Sequence record: SRR20825010_1483
Strand: one strand, 5' to 3'
DNA: 58,498 bases
A program made the translations under genes and the position numbers. Of the stretch, positions 26,801-37,123 are shown piece after piece. Position 1 is the first letter of the stretch. Each line of letters opens with the position of its first letter. The notes under the pieces are model-generated. The model saw nothing but the letters and a program-made list of their open reading frames with translations. It searched no databases and had not been told where the DNA came from.

Positions 26801-27348
26801 CATGGGCGGAGAATTATTATTACTCTAGAGAGAATCCATATAACGACCCTAAATTAAGCTTTTTCACGCCATACAATGAGTTGGCGGCAAAATCCAGAAG
26901 AAGACCAGGATGGTTTATGGACGAAGAGCATGTATTTAAAAAACATGCCATTGGAGTAAAAGATGTGGTTGAAAATGACGGTTTAGCCGGTGTAGGTAGC
27001 CACGGACAGTTGCAGGGTTTGGGTTATCACTGGGAGTTATGGTCGGTTGCTTCTGGCGGAATGAGAAATATTGATGCGCTAAAAACAGCCACAATACTTG
27101 GAGCCACAGCTTTAGGTTTAGAGGGTGACTTGGGTTCAATTGAGGTGGGAAAACTTGCCGATTTGGTGGTTCTAGATAAAAATCCTTTGGAGAATATCCG
27201 AAATACGAACACCATTCTTCAGGTAATGAAAAACGGAAGGTTGTATGACGGTAATACATTAGATCAGGTTTATCCTAGAAAACAGAAAGCAGGGCCTTTC
27301 AATTGGCATACTGAAAAACCAGTGAATTTGCCGGGTATTAAGAAATAG
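23899..27348 (+). CDS. Secreted amidohydrolase with N-terminal TolB/PD40 beta-propellers
   Basis: Repeated (F/W)SPDG motifs; PGFIDTHAH; GSIEVGKLADLVVLDKNPLE. Confidence 0.92.
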   Translation: MKEVKIKPQTKWLKHFSWYLCCLTLISSGFSLQANYNWQEEKQDTTGQTRFKGLPLKAERTLEFKTTEGTWLSLDISPNGQTIIFDMLGDIYTMPINGGQATRITDGMAYDTHPKFSPDGKSIVFTSDRSGNDNIWTMELESKETKQITKSENENFQSAEWSPDGDYIVTSKGRRNLKLFMYHKNGGGGFELIKEPAGLKLVEPAFSADGRYIYYSQRNGAWNYNAQLPQYQVGMYDRDNGERSTITSRYGSAFTPTLSPDGKYLVYGSRYEEQTGLVLRDLKSGDERWLAYPVQRDDQESIAPLGVLPAMTFTPDSKELLASYGGKIWRIPVAGGAAKEIPFQVDVELEMGPRLKFNYPISDDENMLVTQIRDAVPSPDGKRMVFTALNRLYVMDIPSGSPRRITDFEMTEAMPTWSPDGKSIAFVTWSETEGGSIYKLLMDGRAKPVKLTKESAIYTAPAWNKNGKIVFTKGSAQNMKDAEGPSAPRASEDLAWISENGGEVNFIMKTNGRGNPHFVKNDDRIYLSSGRGLSSVRWDGTDEKNLVIITGITSYGSNPADDHLGVVANNTALSETDNWRENNPPARASEIYMAPEGDKAMAVINNDIYIVTVPKLGQTPTISVASPESAQFPAKKLTEIGGEFAKWSADAKKVHWSIGKAHFIYDLEKGEAYSDSVATAKKAKEKADKEKTEEEKKEEKDEEKADEKKEEATFEPVEFNVEVKVKKDIPKGTALLKGARIITMNGDQVIENGDILIENARIKAVGASGTLSVPKGTETIDMSGKTIVPGFIDTHAHMWPAWGLEKNEVWVYAANLAYGVTATRDPQTATTDVLTYSDMVETGQIPGPRVYSTGPGVGYWAYNLKSLEQTRKVLKQYSEYYNTKTIKMYLVGNRKQRQWVIQAAKEQELMPTTEGGLDFKLNMTQMLDGYPGHEHSFPIAPLYKDVIQSVAQSKMAYTSTLLVSYGGPWAENYYYSRENPYNDPKLSFFTPYNELAAKSRRRPGWFMDEEHVFKKHAIGVKDVVENDGLAGVGSHGQLQGLGYHWELWSVASGGMRNIDALKTATILGATALGLEGDLGSIEVGKLADLVVLDKNPLENIRNTNTILQVMKNGRLYDGNTLDQVYPRKQKAGPFNWHTEKPVNLPGIKK

Positions 27349-27374
27349 GTTACGATTTAAAGAAATATTAAACT

Positions 27375-27403
27375 AAACCTCAGTTGAAAAGCTGGGGTTT
27401 TTT
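27375..27403 (+). terminator. Intrinsic terminator
   Basis: AAACCTCAGTT...AGCTGGGGTTT with T run. Confidence 0.7.
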
Positions 27404-27495
27404 AGTGTCTTCTCTCGCCAATCTTTCTTAATTTCAAATTTAGATAGCACTTAGAAATTATGGTGCTCTTAAATCACGACTGTAAAAAACATACT

Positions 27496-28815
27496 ATGCG
27501 AAAATTATCTCTTTTGTTGGCCTTAATTACGCTCATCATTGCTTCGCCATTGAAGGCACAAACTGATAAAATCGAAAAAAAACTGATTCAGTATGTGGAT
27601 AGCCACAATGATGAATACTTGAGTTTGCTGAAGGAGTTGATCAACATCAATAGCGGCACCATGAATTTTGAAGGTGTGCGTCAGGTTGGCGATGTGCTCA
27701 TGGAGAAGTTCAAGGCTTTGGGCATGGAAGTGGAATGGGTAGATGGAACTTCGTTCAATCGCGCTGGTCATTTGGTGGCGAGAATTGAAGGCGGAAAAGG
27801 GAAGAAAATTTTAATGATCGGTCATTTAGATACGGTTTTCGAACCCGACAGCCCCAATCAGAAATGGTCTCAAGTAGATGAAAACACAATAAAGGGCCCG
27901 GGCATTGCCGACATGAAAGGTGGTGATGTAATTATACTTCAATCGTTGGCGGCTTTGCATAACGCTGGTTTGTTGAAGGACATGAACATTACCGTAGTGA
28001 TGACAGGCGATGAAGAACTCTCAGGGAGTCCACTTTCTGAATCGAAAAAAGCATTGATCGAAGCTGCAAAGTGGGCTGATGTTGCTTTGGGCTTTGAGAA
28101 CGGAGATGGAAACCCAGCCACAGTAAACGTAGCCAGAAGAAGCTCTTCCGGATGGACATTGACCGTGACAGGTAATGCCTCGCATTCCTCTCAAATTTTT
28201 AAGCCGACAGTAGGAGCGGGCGCTATTTACGAAGCCTCTAGAATTCTTTATCAGTTTTATGATGAATTGGCTGGAGAAGAATATTTAACCTTCAATCCTG
28301 GAATGATCGCAGGTGGAACAGAAGTGAATTATAACAAGTCAGAAAATACTGGAACTGCTTTTGGGAAGAACAATGTGGTGTCGAAAGATGTAACGGTAAC
28401 GGGTGATCTTCGTGCCTTAACGCCAGAGCAAATTACAAGAACCCAAGAAACCATGAAGCGAATTGTGGCCAAGCATCTGCCAGGCACCAACGCTACTATT
28501 ACTTTTGCCGAAGGCTATCCTCCTTTCGCACCAACGGAAGGAAATTATCAGCTGATGAACTTGTTTAGCGAAGTGAGTCAAGATTTGGGTTTTGGGGAAG
28601 TGACAGCAGTAAACCCTGCCGATGCGGGCGCAGCTGATATTTCTTTTACTGCTGGTCATATCGAGATGGGAATTGATGCCATGGGAATGTCAGGCGCTGA
28701 CGATCATACGATCAATGAAACTGGTGACCTTCGTGCTTTGCCAAAGCAATCAAAAAGAGCAGCCGTTTTGATTTATAGACTGTTTAAAGGAGTAGAGTTA
28801 AAGACAGGAAAGTAA
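27496..28815 (+). CDS. M20/M25/M40 metallopeptidase (carboxypeptidase G2-like), secreted
   Basis: IGHLDTVF, GPGIADMKGG, GDEE; signal peptide from MRKLSLL. Confidence 0.9.
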   Translation: MRKLSLLLALITLIIASPLKAQTDKIEKKLIQYVDSHNDEYLSLLKELININSGTMNFEGVRQVGDVLMEKFKALGMEVEWVDGTSFNRAGHLVARIEGGKGKKILMIGHLDTVFEPDSPNQKWSQVDENTIKGPGIADMKGGDVIILQSLAALHNAGLLKDMNITVVMTGDEELSGSPLSESKKALIEAAKWADVALGFENGDGNPATVNVARRSSSGWTLTVTGNASHSSQIFKPTVGAGAIYEASRILYQFYDELAGEEYLTFNPGMIAGGTEVNYNKSENTGTAFGKNNVVSKDVTVTGDLRALTPEQITRTQETMKRIVAKHLPGTNATITFAEGYPPFAPTEGNYQLMNLFSEVSQDLGFGEVTAVNPADAGAADISFTAGHIEMGIDAMGMSGADDHTINETGDLRALPKQSKRAAVLIYRLFKGVELKTGK

Positions 28816-28832
28816 CCCATTTATATAGTTGT

Positions 28833-29645
28833 CTATTGAGTGTCAGCTTTTAGGTTATTCTGGGTAGCGATAGTTTCGATTTCCCTAAAGTAAGTCATAA
28901 CACTGCTCTCAGTTTTAGTGTGAAAATTGACCTTATTGTCAAAGAGTTCTTCTCTTAGTTTCTTGTACAACAGTATTGAACTGTGTAAACTGTCTATCAA
29001 TGCTTGTCTGTTATAGCTTGGTATAGTGAGTTTCAAGGCACTAAAATCCTCACTGTCGATTTCTGTTTCAACCTTTCTTACACCACGAGGTTGGTTGCCA
29101 TTTTTAACATGTAGCAATGGCCCAAGTACTACCATTCTTAGAAACCCTAAAAAGTCGAAAGCTTCAAAATATTCACCTCGCCCAATTTTCAACATTGTAT
29201 AATGTATCCAAGTCCAAAACCGATCTTCAATCCATTGATAATCTAGGAGTGGAAAATTTGGGGTAGACCTATTAAGAACCGATTGTAGTTGATCATTTTT
29301 GTCTAAAAGAATTTTCGGGTTTTCAACCCTGTTTTCAAATTCCTCAATTGTTACAAATTTTATATCAACATGCAAAAGAGGGTTGTCATATAAGCAAATT
29401 AAAACTCTTGGTTCTCCAACATGCTCACCAGTAAATCCAGAAAGGAAATCACCTAATCGCTTTGCATAGCTAACCATTAACTCCTTATTGTCGGAAACTT
29501 TGCATTTGGTAACAAGTATGAGATCAAGATCTGAATACTTGTCAATTTCATTGGTCAACCAAGAACCACCAACCGCCAATCCGATTACATTGTCATCTGG
29601 CTTTAAAATAGCTTTTGCTTCGGCTGCAAATTTGAATTGCATCAT
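28833..29645 (-). CDS. Pol-beta-type nucleotidyltransferase (aminoglycoside/lincosamide NTase-like)
   Basis: GGSW...DKYSDLDL catalytic motif; C-terminal helical domain RGEYFEA. Confidence 0.75.
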   Translation of the reverse strand: MMQFKFAAEAKAILKPDDNVIGLAVGGSWLTNEIDKYSDLDLILVTKCKVSDNKELMVSYAKRLGDFLSGFTGEHVGEPRVLICLYDNPLLHVDIKFVTIEEFENRVENPKILLDKNDQLQSVLNRSTPNFPLLDYQWIEDRFWTWIHYTMLKIGRGEYFEAFDFLGFLRMVVLGPLLHVKNGNQPRGVRKVETEIDSEDFSALKLTIPSYNRQALIDSLHSSILLYKKLREELFDNKVNFHTKTESSVMTYFREIETIATQNNLKADTQ

Positions 29646-29666
29646 TCAATTTTAGTTAAAAATTCA

Positions 29667-30746
29667 TCAATCCGGCTCGTCAGCATCTAACTGACTTCTT
29701 CCCATAAGTTTAACAATAAGATCGGCATCTGGAATTTGCGCCAGTATTACACGGGCCAATACAATCAAAGGTACAGAGAGTAGCATTCCAGCAATTCCCC
29801 AAATATAGCCCCAGATTACAAGTCCTAAAATAACAGCTACCGTATTTAAGGCCACTTTAGATCCCATCATCAGCGGCTCAACCACATTCCCCCAAACAAA
29901 CTGAGTGGCAATCAGAAGCAAGATGAAAAATAGATAACTCGTTCCGTTATCAATCTGAATAAGACCTAATAAAACAGGAGGGATTGTGGCCATAATTGAC
30001 CCAACCGTAGGAATGAAATTGAGCATGAAAGCCAAGAAACCCCAGAACAGTGCAAAATCTACTCCAAAACCCCAACAAATAAGCCCAAAGAAGGCACCAG
30101 TACTTAAACTGGTGAAAAACTTCACCTTCATATAACTGGCTACAGCATCTTTAATTTCCACAAAAGCCTTGAGCAAACGCTGTTTCCCAATGTCATCATC
30201 TCCTTCTAAATAGCTGATGTACTTTTCGTATTTGACAATACTGCCCAAAACCGCCACCAAATAAATGGCAGAAAGGACAAGGTTGAATACAAAATTACCC
30301 ACCTCAGACGCAACCATACCCGAGGTGTTTAGCATCATTTCAGGAGAAAGGATCTGGTATAAAGTCTCAGTGAAATCACGTTCTTTTAATGCCGCAAAGC
30401 CCGGAATGTTTTCGAACTGAATCACCAAACTGTTTAACTTATTACCAATCTGTGTTAAGAGTTTATCTTTCTGATCTACAATTTGTAAGCCTGTATCAAA
30501 CACAATAAGTCCGACTAAAAAGACGAAGCCGAGGGTAAGTACCGTTATCACGATAATACTGAGCATATAAGGCCAGTTTTTTTTATCCAAATAAGCGATT
30601 ACAGGTTGAAGCAGAATGCCAATGAAAATGGCGAAAGTCAATGGGATTAAGAGCGCTGATAATTCTTTGATTACGAGCACTATGACAATGCCCATAAAGA
30701 GTAGAAGTACATTTTTAATTGTTACAATATTGTTATCGGGCAGCAT
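29667..30746 (-). CDS. AI-2E family transporter
   Basis: Multi-[34 protein letters not shown]. Confidence 0.92.
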   Translation of the reverse strand: MLPDNNIVTIKNVLLLFMGIVIVLVIKELSALLIPLTFAIFIGILLQPVIAYLDKKNWPYMLSIIVITVLTLGFVFLVGLIVFDTGLQIVDQKDKLLTQIGNKLNSLVIQFENIPGFAALKERDFTETLYQILSPEMMLNTSGMVASEVGNFVFNLVLSAIYLVAVLGSIVKYEKYISYLEGDDDIGKQRLLKAFVEIKDAVASYMKVKFFTSLSTGAFFGLICWGFGVDFALFWGFLAFMLNFIPTVGSIMATIPPVLLGLIQIDNGTSYLFFILLLIATQFVWGNVVEPLMMGSKVALNTVAVILGLVIWGYIWGIAGMLLSVPLIVLARVILAQIPDADLIVKLMGRSQLDADEPD

Positions 30747-30871
30747 ATAAAGGGATTTACCGAAAAGTACGGAAAAATGAAGAATCGACCCGCCTTCATC
30801 GAAATTTTCATTCTCTTATAAGGTGGGCATGGGTTTATATATTAAATTTGTACATTGAATCAACTAAATTA

Positions 30872-31819
30872 ATGCTCTTGGAATTCGAACAACCAATTGT
30901 CAGACTTGAAGAGAAACTTGCTGAAATGAAGGAGCTTGCTGAAAACAGTAAAGTGAATGTAAGCGAGGACATTAAATCTCTGGAGAAAAAGATCCAAACC
31001 CTCAAGGAGGATACTTATAAGAACTTAACTAGATGGCAGAGAGTACAGCTTTCTCGTCACCCAGAGCGGCCTTATACACTGGATTATATATATAGTATTA
31101 CCGATGACTTTATCGAACTGTTTGGTGACCGAACGGTGAAAGACGATAAAGCCATGGTAGGCGGATTGGGTACAGTTGACGGCCAAACAATTATGTTTAT
31201 CGGTCAGCAAAAGGGTAGAAACACCAAGCAGCGCCAAATGCGTAATTTCGGTATGGCCAACCCCGAAGGCTATAGAAAGGCACTTCGTTTAATGAAGATG
31301 GCCGAAAAATTCAACATACCGATTGTTACTTTGATTGACACTCCTGGTGCATATCCGGGTTTTGAAGCAGAGGAGCGAGGTCAAGGTGAAGCCATTGCAA
31401 GAAATATCCGCGATATGTTTATGCTCAAAGTACCAGTTGTCTGCATCATTATTGGTGAAGGGGCTTCGGGTGGAGCCTTGGGGATTGCGATTGGCGATAG
31501 AGTTTTGATGTTAGAAAACACTTGGTACTCTGTTATTTCTCCTGAATCATGTTCTTCTATTTTATGGAGAAGCTGGGATTACAAAGAGCAAGCGGCCGAA
31601 GCTTTAAAACTTACAGCTCAAGACATGAAGGGCTTCGGTCTAATTGATGGAATTATTAAAGAGCCACTTGGCGGAGCACACCGAAATATTCCATGGATGT
31701 GTAACGAACTTAAGAATAACATTCTCTCTGAACTGAAATCATTAAGCGCAATGGAAGCCAACAATCGCATCGATTTGCGAATTGAGAAATTCTCAGACAT
31801 GGGCTCTGTGATAGAGTAA
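30872..31819 (+). CDS. accA: Acetyl-CoA carboxylase carboxyltransferase alpha
   Basis: MLLEFEQPI start, [39 protein letters not shown] box at 30843-30850. Confidence 0.97.
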   Translation: MLLEFEQPIVRLEEKLAEMKELAENSKVNVSEDIKSLEKKIQTLKEDTYKNLTRWQRVQLSRHPERPYTLDYIYSITDDFIELFGDRTVKDDKAMVGGLGTVDGQTIMFIGQQKGRNTKQRQMRNFGMANPEGYRKALRLMKMAEKFNIPIVTLIDTPGAYPGFEAEERGQGEAIARNIRDMFMLKVPVVCIIIGEGASGGALGIAIGDRVLMLENTWYSVISPESCSSILWRSWDYKEQAAEALKLTAQDMKGFGLIDGIIKEPLGGAHRNIPWMCNELKNNILSELKSLSAMEANNRIDLRIEKFSDMGSVIE

Positions 31820-31840
31820 ATGACACAGACATTCTGATTG

Positions 31841-31873
31841 AAGAACCACAAGGCCAACGCTTTGTGGTTCTTT
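31841..31873 (+). terminator. Intrinsic terminator after accA
   Basis: AAGAACCACAAGGC...GCTTTGTGGTTCTTTT. Confidence 0.7.
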
Positions 31874-31908
31874 TGTTTTTAGCTACTTTCCGTTATAAAT
31901 GAACTAGT

Positions 31909-32595
31909 ATGGCTAAAAGTAAAATCAACTGGCGCAATCATTTCATAGAACTCTTAGTGGTGGTGATTGGTATTTCCATTGCCTTTGGCATGGAGAATTG
32001 GGCTGAAAAAAGAAGAGATAGAGAAAGCCAGATTAACTACTTGACTTCTTTGAGGGATGATATTACCAATGATAACACCGAGTTGAATCATATTTTGGAT
32101 TCTTCTAAAGTGCTTAGTCGTAACATCGATTTCTTGATGCGTTATGTTTATGCCAGTGGGCCATTAGAAGATTTGAAATATGGTCACATTACAAGTACTT
32201 ACTCAGCGCCCTATTTTAATGCGAAAGACGGAACATATCATTCACTTGTCAACTCTGGCTCTTTAGATATGATCAGCAATTATAAGCTCAGAGCATCCAT
32301 TACAGATTTATACAATTTTCATTATGATGAAATATCTAAGGCCGATGATTTTATTCATGACTTGGTCAATGGGCAAATCTATCCTTATATGATTGAAAAT
32401 ATTCAATTTGGTAGTGTACAGTTTGGTCAGAATGAAATACTAGATGATATGCCTCTAAAGAATAATAAAGTGAGAAATATGATCGGAAGCTATACTAACT
32501 TATTGAGGGAACGAGAAGCTATTTACAGTTTAGCTTCTGATAGGTGCGATAGCTTATTGATAAAGATTAATTCTGAATTAGCAAAGTTGAAGTAG
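31909..32595 (+). CDS. Hypothetical membrane-anchored protein (DUF6090-like)
   Basis: IELLVVVIGISIAF TM then coiled coil; YHSLVNSGSLDMISN. Confidence 0.7.
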   Translation: MAKSKINWRNHFIELLVVVIGISIAFGMENWAEKRRDRESQINYLTSLRDDITNDNTELNHILDSSKVLSRNIDFLMRYVYASGPLEDLKYGHITSTYSAPYFNAKDGTYHSLVNSGSLDMISNYKLRASITDLYNFHYDEISKADDFIHDLVNGQIYPYMIENIQFGSVQFGQNEILDDMPLKNNKVRNMIGSYTNLLREREAIYSLASDRCDSLLIKINSELAKLK

Positions 32596-32688
32596 ATTTC
32601 ACCCAAGCTTTGAACCAAAGCGAAAAAAGTGCGACCTTTAAAAACTACATATACTAATAAATTTTAGGAATAAGGCAAAACGAACAAC

Positions 32689-33372
32689 ATGCAACTCAAC
32701 CTCATTGAAGAATTTTTATTAATAGCCCTTGATGACGAAAAAGGTCAATTCGTAATCGACTCTACCCACCTTTACTATGGTTTTGCTGGATCCATTTTGT
32801 TGGAAATGGCACTTCGCGAAAAGATTGATGTATCTGGTGATAAGCTTAAGCTTATTCATGATGAATATGAAGTGGAAATGGTTATCAATAAAGTAATAGA
32901 CCAGATAAAAAACTCTAAACCTCGAAAGTTGAAAAACTGGATAGAGCTTATAGCCAAAGAAGCCAAAGAGCTTAAAGAAGACACCCTTCTTGAACTTCAG
33001 AATAAAGGCATTTTACGGAAGGAAGAGCACAAGATCCTATGGATTATTCCTAACAATAAATATCCAACTACCAATATTACCCCTGAAAATAAAGTAAGAC
33101 AAAGGCTGAGTGATGTTATGCTTCGCGGAGCAAAATCAGAAGCACGTGATGTAATGCTTTTAAGCCTAATAGACGTGTCAGACCTTACTAAAGAGGCTTT
33201 TCGAGATAAGGAAGAGTATAGTGTGGTGAAGAAGAGAATTAAGGAAGTAACTCAGGACATTAAAATTAGCCAGAGCGTGAACAAAAGTATCCGCGAAATT
33301 CAGGCGGCCATTATGGTAGCCATGATGTCGGCCATTATTGTAACCACTACTATTAATACTTCTTCAAATTAG
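32689..33372 (+). CDS. GOLPH3/VPS74 (GPP34) family protein
   Basis: LIEEFLLIALDDEKG, GFAGSILLEMAL, KGILRKEEHKILW. Confidence 0.85.
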   Translation: MQLNLIEEFLLIALDDEKGQFVIDSTHLYYGFAGSILLEMALREKIDVSGDKLKLIHDEYEVEMVINKVIDQIKNSKPRKLKNWIELIAKEAKELKEDTLLELQNKGILRKEEHKILWIIPNNKYPTTNITPENKVRQRLSDVMLRGAKSEARDVMLLSLIDVSDLTKEAFRDKEEYSVVKKRIKEVTQDIKISQSVNKSIREIQAAIMVAMMSAIIVTTTINTSSN

Positions 33373-33402
33373 TAATTAAGGTAAACCTACTACGCTTCAA
33401 TT

Positions 33403-34614
33403 ATGCCATCGATAAAGTCCGAATTTCCGATTTTTGAGGCCGCAAGAGAAGAGGGTAGACCTCTGGTTTTTTTAGATAACGCTTCCACCACCCAAAAGCC
33501 TCAATGCGTAATTGATGCCATTGCTGGATTCTATGCTGGTTATTATGCGAATGTAGGGCGAGCCTTATATTGGCCCGCTACGGCTGCTTCTTCTGGTTAT
33601 GATCAAGCCCGTGAAAAGGTGCGGGCATTCATCGGTGCTTCGTCTAAAAAAGAGGTGGTTTTTACCTCTGGAACCACTGATGCTGTCAATAAAGTAGTCA
33701 ACTCATTTCTATTGCCACAATTGGAGCAAGGGGATGAAGTGCTGGTTTCAGAAATGGAGCACCACAGTAATTTCGTTCCTTGGCAGCAGGCTTGTGAATT
33801 GAAAGGTGCAAAACTCAAAGTGATTCCGCTAGATGCTGAGCTGAACATTGATTTAGACAAACTCTCTTCAATGTTAACCGATAAGGTGAAAATATTGGCC
33901 ATTACCGCCATTTCTAATACACTGGGGGTGAAGAATGATTTGAAGAAGATCATAAAACTGGCCCATCAGCGTAATATCAAGGTTTTTGTAGATGCCGCGC
34001 AACTGCCCCTTTCAGAAAAGATTAATGTTCAGAACATGGACTGCGACTTTCTGGCTTTCTCTGGGCATAAGGTTTTTGGACCAACAGGAATTGGCGTATT
34101 GTATGGAAAACAGGTCTTGCTAGAAAACATGTCTCCCTTGGCTTATGGTGGAGGAATGGTGCAGCAAGTAAGTATAGATAAAACCATTATGGCCGAGTTA
34201 CCATCCAAACACGAAGCTGGAACGCCCAATATTGCTGGAGCTATTGGCTTAGCGGCTGCGATTGACTTTATCAATTCAGTCGGAGTGGAGGAAATCGGGA
34301 AGCACAGCGCTGACTTAAGAAAATACGCAGTGAAGCGCTTGTCAGAAATCGAAGGCCTAACACTTTTGGCTAGAGATTCAGAAGATACTGCAATTCTTTC
34401 CTTTACCATGGAAGGAATTCATCCACATGATATTGCAGCATTTTTAGCTGAAAAGGGCATTGCAGTTCGTGCGGGTCACCATTGCACGCACCCATTGATG
34501 CATAAACTTGATATTGAAGGAACAGTTAGGGTTTCATTCAATATTTATAATACTGAAGAAGAAGTGGATTTGCTCAAAAATACCTTGGACGAAATCAGAA
34601 GCTTCTTTTTATGA
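33403..34614 (+). CDS. sufS: SufS-type cysteine desulfurase
   Basis: FLDNASTTQKP, EHHSNFVPW, FSGHKVFGPTGIG, RAGHHC. Confidence 0.9.
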   Translation: MPSIKSEFPIFEAAREEGRPLVFLDNASTTQKPQCVIDAIAGFYAGYYANVGRALYWPATAASSGYDQAREKVRAFIGASSKKEVVFTSGTTDAVNKVVNSFLLPQLEQGDEVLVSEMEHHSNFVPWQQACELKGAKLKVIPLDAELNIDLDKLSSMLTDKVKILAITAISNTLGVKNDLKKIIKLAHQRNIKVFVDAAQLPLSEKINVQNMDCDFLAFSGHKVFGPTGIGVLYGKQVLLENMSPLAYGGGMVQQVSIDKTIMAELPSKHEAGTPNIAGAIGLAAAIDFINSVGVEEIGKHSADLRKYAVKRLSEIEGLTLLARDSEDTAILSFTMEGIHPHDIAAFLAEKGIAVRAGHHCTHPLMHKLDIEGTVRVSFNIYNTEEEVDLLKNTLDEIRSFFL

Positions 34615-35048
34615 ACGACCGTCTAAAAGCACTTTACAAAACCCAAATATTGGCCCATGCCAAAAGTCCTTTTAATGAAGGTGTTTTGGACGACTATACG
34701 CATAAAATACAAGCCTATAATCCAGTGTGTGGTGACCAGTTTGACCTGTACTTAAAGTTCGAAGACGATATTATTCAGAATACGTCCTTCAAAGGCTATG
34801 GATGTGCTATTTCAAAGGCCTCAACTTCGGTACTGACAAAACACTTGTTAGGGAAAAGCAAAAGCGAAGCAAAAGCATTGATTGAGCTGTTTTTGAAGGT
34901 TATTGATCCTGAAAGCCTTGAATCACCAGAATCGATAACTTCTGATGAAGAACTTTTGGTCTTCGCTTCCGCTCGCGAATTCCCAGAACGCCTAACCTGT
35001 GCTAATTTAGCATGGGAAAAAGTGAAGGGGCTTCTGGAGGAAGGGTAG
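34611..35048 (+). CDS. sufU: SufU Fe-S sulfur-transfer protein
   Basis: NPVCGD, GCAISKAS, FPERLTCANLAW. Confidence 0.9.
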   Translation: MNDRLKALYKTQILAHAKSPFNEGVLDDYTHKIQAYNPVCGDQFDLYLKFEDDIIQNTSFKGYGCAISKASTSVLTKHLLGKSKSEAKALIELFLKVIDPESLESPESITSDEELLVFASAREFPERLTCANLAWEKVKGLLEEG

Positions 35049-35125
35049 GGTCATCCCCAACCTTTCCCTATTTCGTCTAACATTTTAATTCATTTCAGGT
35101 TAACTTTGAGGCAAGCATAAAACGC

Positions 35126-37111
35126 ATGGATTCAGCAGTAAGCGCAGTAAAGAAATACTGCAACAGTCTAGTAAAATACAGTCGAAGAAAAACCATACCG
35201 GTTCAGGTGGGCAGTGTAACCATTGGAGGCGATTACCCCATTGTGGTGCAGTCGATGACCACCATTGATACCATGGACACCATGGGGTCGGTGGAGCAAA
35301 CTTTGCGCATGGTGGCATCGGGTTGCGAATTGGTGCGTATTACTGCCCCCAGTTTAAAAGAAGCCGAAAATCTTCGTGCCATTAAGGAAGAATTGAAAAA
35401 GCGTGGCTGCAATGTTCCGCTTGTAGCCGACATCCATTTCACCCCAAACGCTGCAGAACTGGCAGCTAAAATTGTGGAAAAGGTAAGGGTGAACCCAGGT
35501 AACTATGCCGATAAAAAGAAATTTGAAAATATAGAATACACCAACGAAACCTATCAGGATGAATTGGACAGAGTTCGGGTACGTTTTACACCTTTAGTAG
35601 AGATTTGTAAAGCGCACGGAACCGCCATGCGAATAGGGACCAATCACGGTTCGCTTTCAGATAGAATCATGAGCCGCTATGGCGATACTGCCCTGGGGAT
35701 GGTGGAATCAGCACTTGAGTTTTTACGCATTTGCGAAGACCTGGAGTACTATAATATTGTGCTTTCCATGAAGTCGAGTAATACGCAAGTGATGGTAGAG
35801 GCCTACCGTTTGCTGGTACAGAAATTAGATGAAGAAGGCTTAAAACCTTACCCGTTGCATCTGGGCGTAACCGAAGCAGGTGAAGCCGAAGATGGTCGAA
35901 TTAAATCTGCAGTAGGAATCGGTACTTTGTTGGAAGATGGATTAGGAGATACGGTACGTGTTTCTTTGACTGAAGAACCAGAGTTCGAAGCGCCTGTGGC
36001 CCAAAAGCTGGTCGGTCGTTACCATAAACGACATGAGCACAAAACGATAGCCGAGATTGACGAAAACCCAATTGACCCATTCTTGTATCACAAACGTCAG
36101 TCGAGAGAAGTGGTGAATATTGGCGCTTCCAATGTGCCGCGTGTCATTGCCGACTTGAGCCAGTTTGAAGAAATCACCATCAAAGATTTAAAGAACGTTG
36201 GACATTTCTATTTGCCAGAGCCTGATAAATGGAGAATGAATGACCAAGGTGCAGACTACGTTTATTCAGGCAATAAGGCGATCGATTTTATGCTTCCGAA
36301 CGGCTTGAAAGAGTTGGTCGATTACCCGCAGTGGAATGTTTTGGAAGATAAGGCAAATCGTTATCCGGTTTTTACGTTAGATCAATTGGCCGAAGCGGAA
36401 AACGCTGATGACCAACTCAATTTCATAAGGTTGAAAGCCGAAGAATTATCGGAAGATGTAATGTCGGTGTTGGAGGCTTCTAACTTGGTTGTGATCCTCG
36501 AAACTGAGAATGAACATGCCATGCCTGCTTTGAGACGCTTCTTTTTCGAACTAGTGAAAAAAAAGTTGTTGGTTCCGGTAATCGTGTCTAGAAACTACAC
36601 CGTTACTGATGCTGAGGAGTTCTTGATTCATGCGTCTACAGATTTTGGTGGATTGTTAGTCGATGGATTTGGAGATGGTCTAATGCTTCAGGTGGATAAA
36701 CAGACAGATAAGGAAACTCAACTGGCTGATTTAAAGTTGAAGAATGAAACTGGTTTTGGGATTTTACAAGCGGCTCGTACGCGAATGACCAAGGCGGAAT
36801 ATATATCTTGCCCTTCTTGCGGAAGAACCTTGTTCGACCTACAAGAAACCACGGCCATGATCCGAAAACGCACTGATCATTTGAAAGGAGTGAAAATCGG
36901 AATTATGGGCTGTATTGTAAACGGTCCAGGCGAAATGGCCGATGCTGATTACGGTTATGTGGGATCGGGCAAAGGAAAGATTACCTTGTACAAAGGTCAG
37001 GAAGTAATGAAAAGGGGGGTAGCTTCTGAAAAAGCCGTGGACGAATTGATTGACATTATTCGCGAAGACGGCAAATGGTTGGAACCCGAATTGGCAAATG
37101 GCGAATTTTAA
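35126..37111 (+). CDS. ispG: HMBPP synthase, long form
   Basis: VQSMTT, VADIHF, RVNPGN, HLGVTEAG, SCPSCGR, MGCIVNGPGE; TAACTTTG box at 35101-35108. Confidence 0.97.
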   Translation: MDSAVSAVKKYCNSLVKYSRRKTIPVQVGSVTIGGDYPIVVQSMTTIDTMDTMGSVEQTLRMVASGCELVRITAPSLKEAENLRAIKEELKKRGCNVPLVADIHFTPNAAELAAKIVEKVRVNPGNYADKKKFENIEYTNETYQDELDRVRVRFTPLVEICKAHGTAMRIGTNHGSLSDRIMSRYGDTALGMVESALEFLRICEDLEYYNIVLSMKSSNTQVMVEAYRLLVQKLDEEGLKPYPLHLGVTEAGEAEDGRIKSAVGIGTLLEDGLGDTVRVSLTEEPEFEAPVAQKLVGRYHKRHEHKTIAEIDENPIDPFLYHKRQSREVVNIGASNVPRVIADLSQFEEITIKDLKNVGHFYLPEPDKWRMNDQGADYVYSGNKAIDFMLPNGLKELVDYPQWNVLEDKANRYPVFTLDQLAEAENADDQLNFIRLKAEELSEDVMSVLEASNLVVILETENEHAMPALRRFFFELVKKKLLVPVIVSRNYTVTDAEEFLIHASTDFGGLLVDGFGDGLMLQVDKQTDKETQLADLKLKNETGFGILQAARTRMTKAEYISCPSCGRTLFDLQETTAMIRKRTDHLKGVKIGIMGCIVNGPGEMADADYGYVGSGKGKITLYKGQEVMKRGVASEKAVDELIDIIREDGKWLEPELANGEF

Positions 37112-37123
37112 AATTGAAATGTG

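Noticed and set aside
30719-30871. 51-aa N-terminal extension of AccA in the ORF track
   Set aside because: Overlaps the divergent gene and promoter; the real start is very likely ATG 30872.
35126-37111. Unusually long IspG (661 aa)
   Set aside because: The long three-domain form is known and normal for Bacteroidota.
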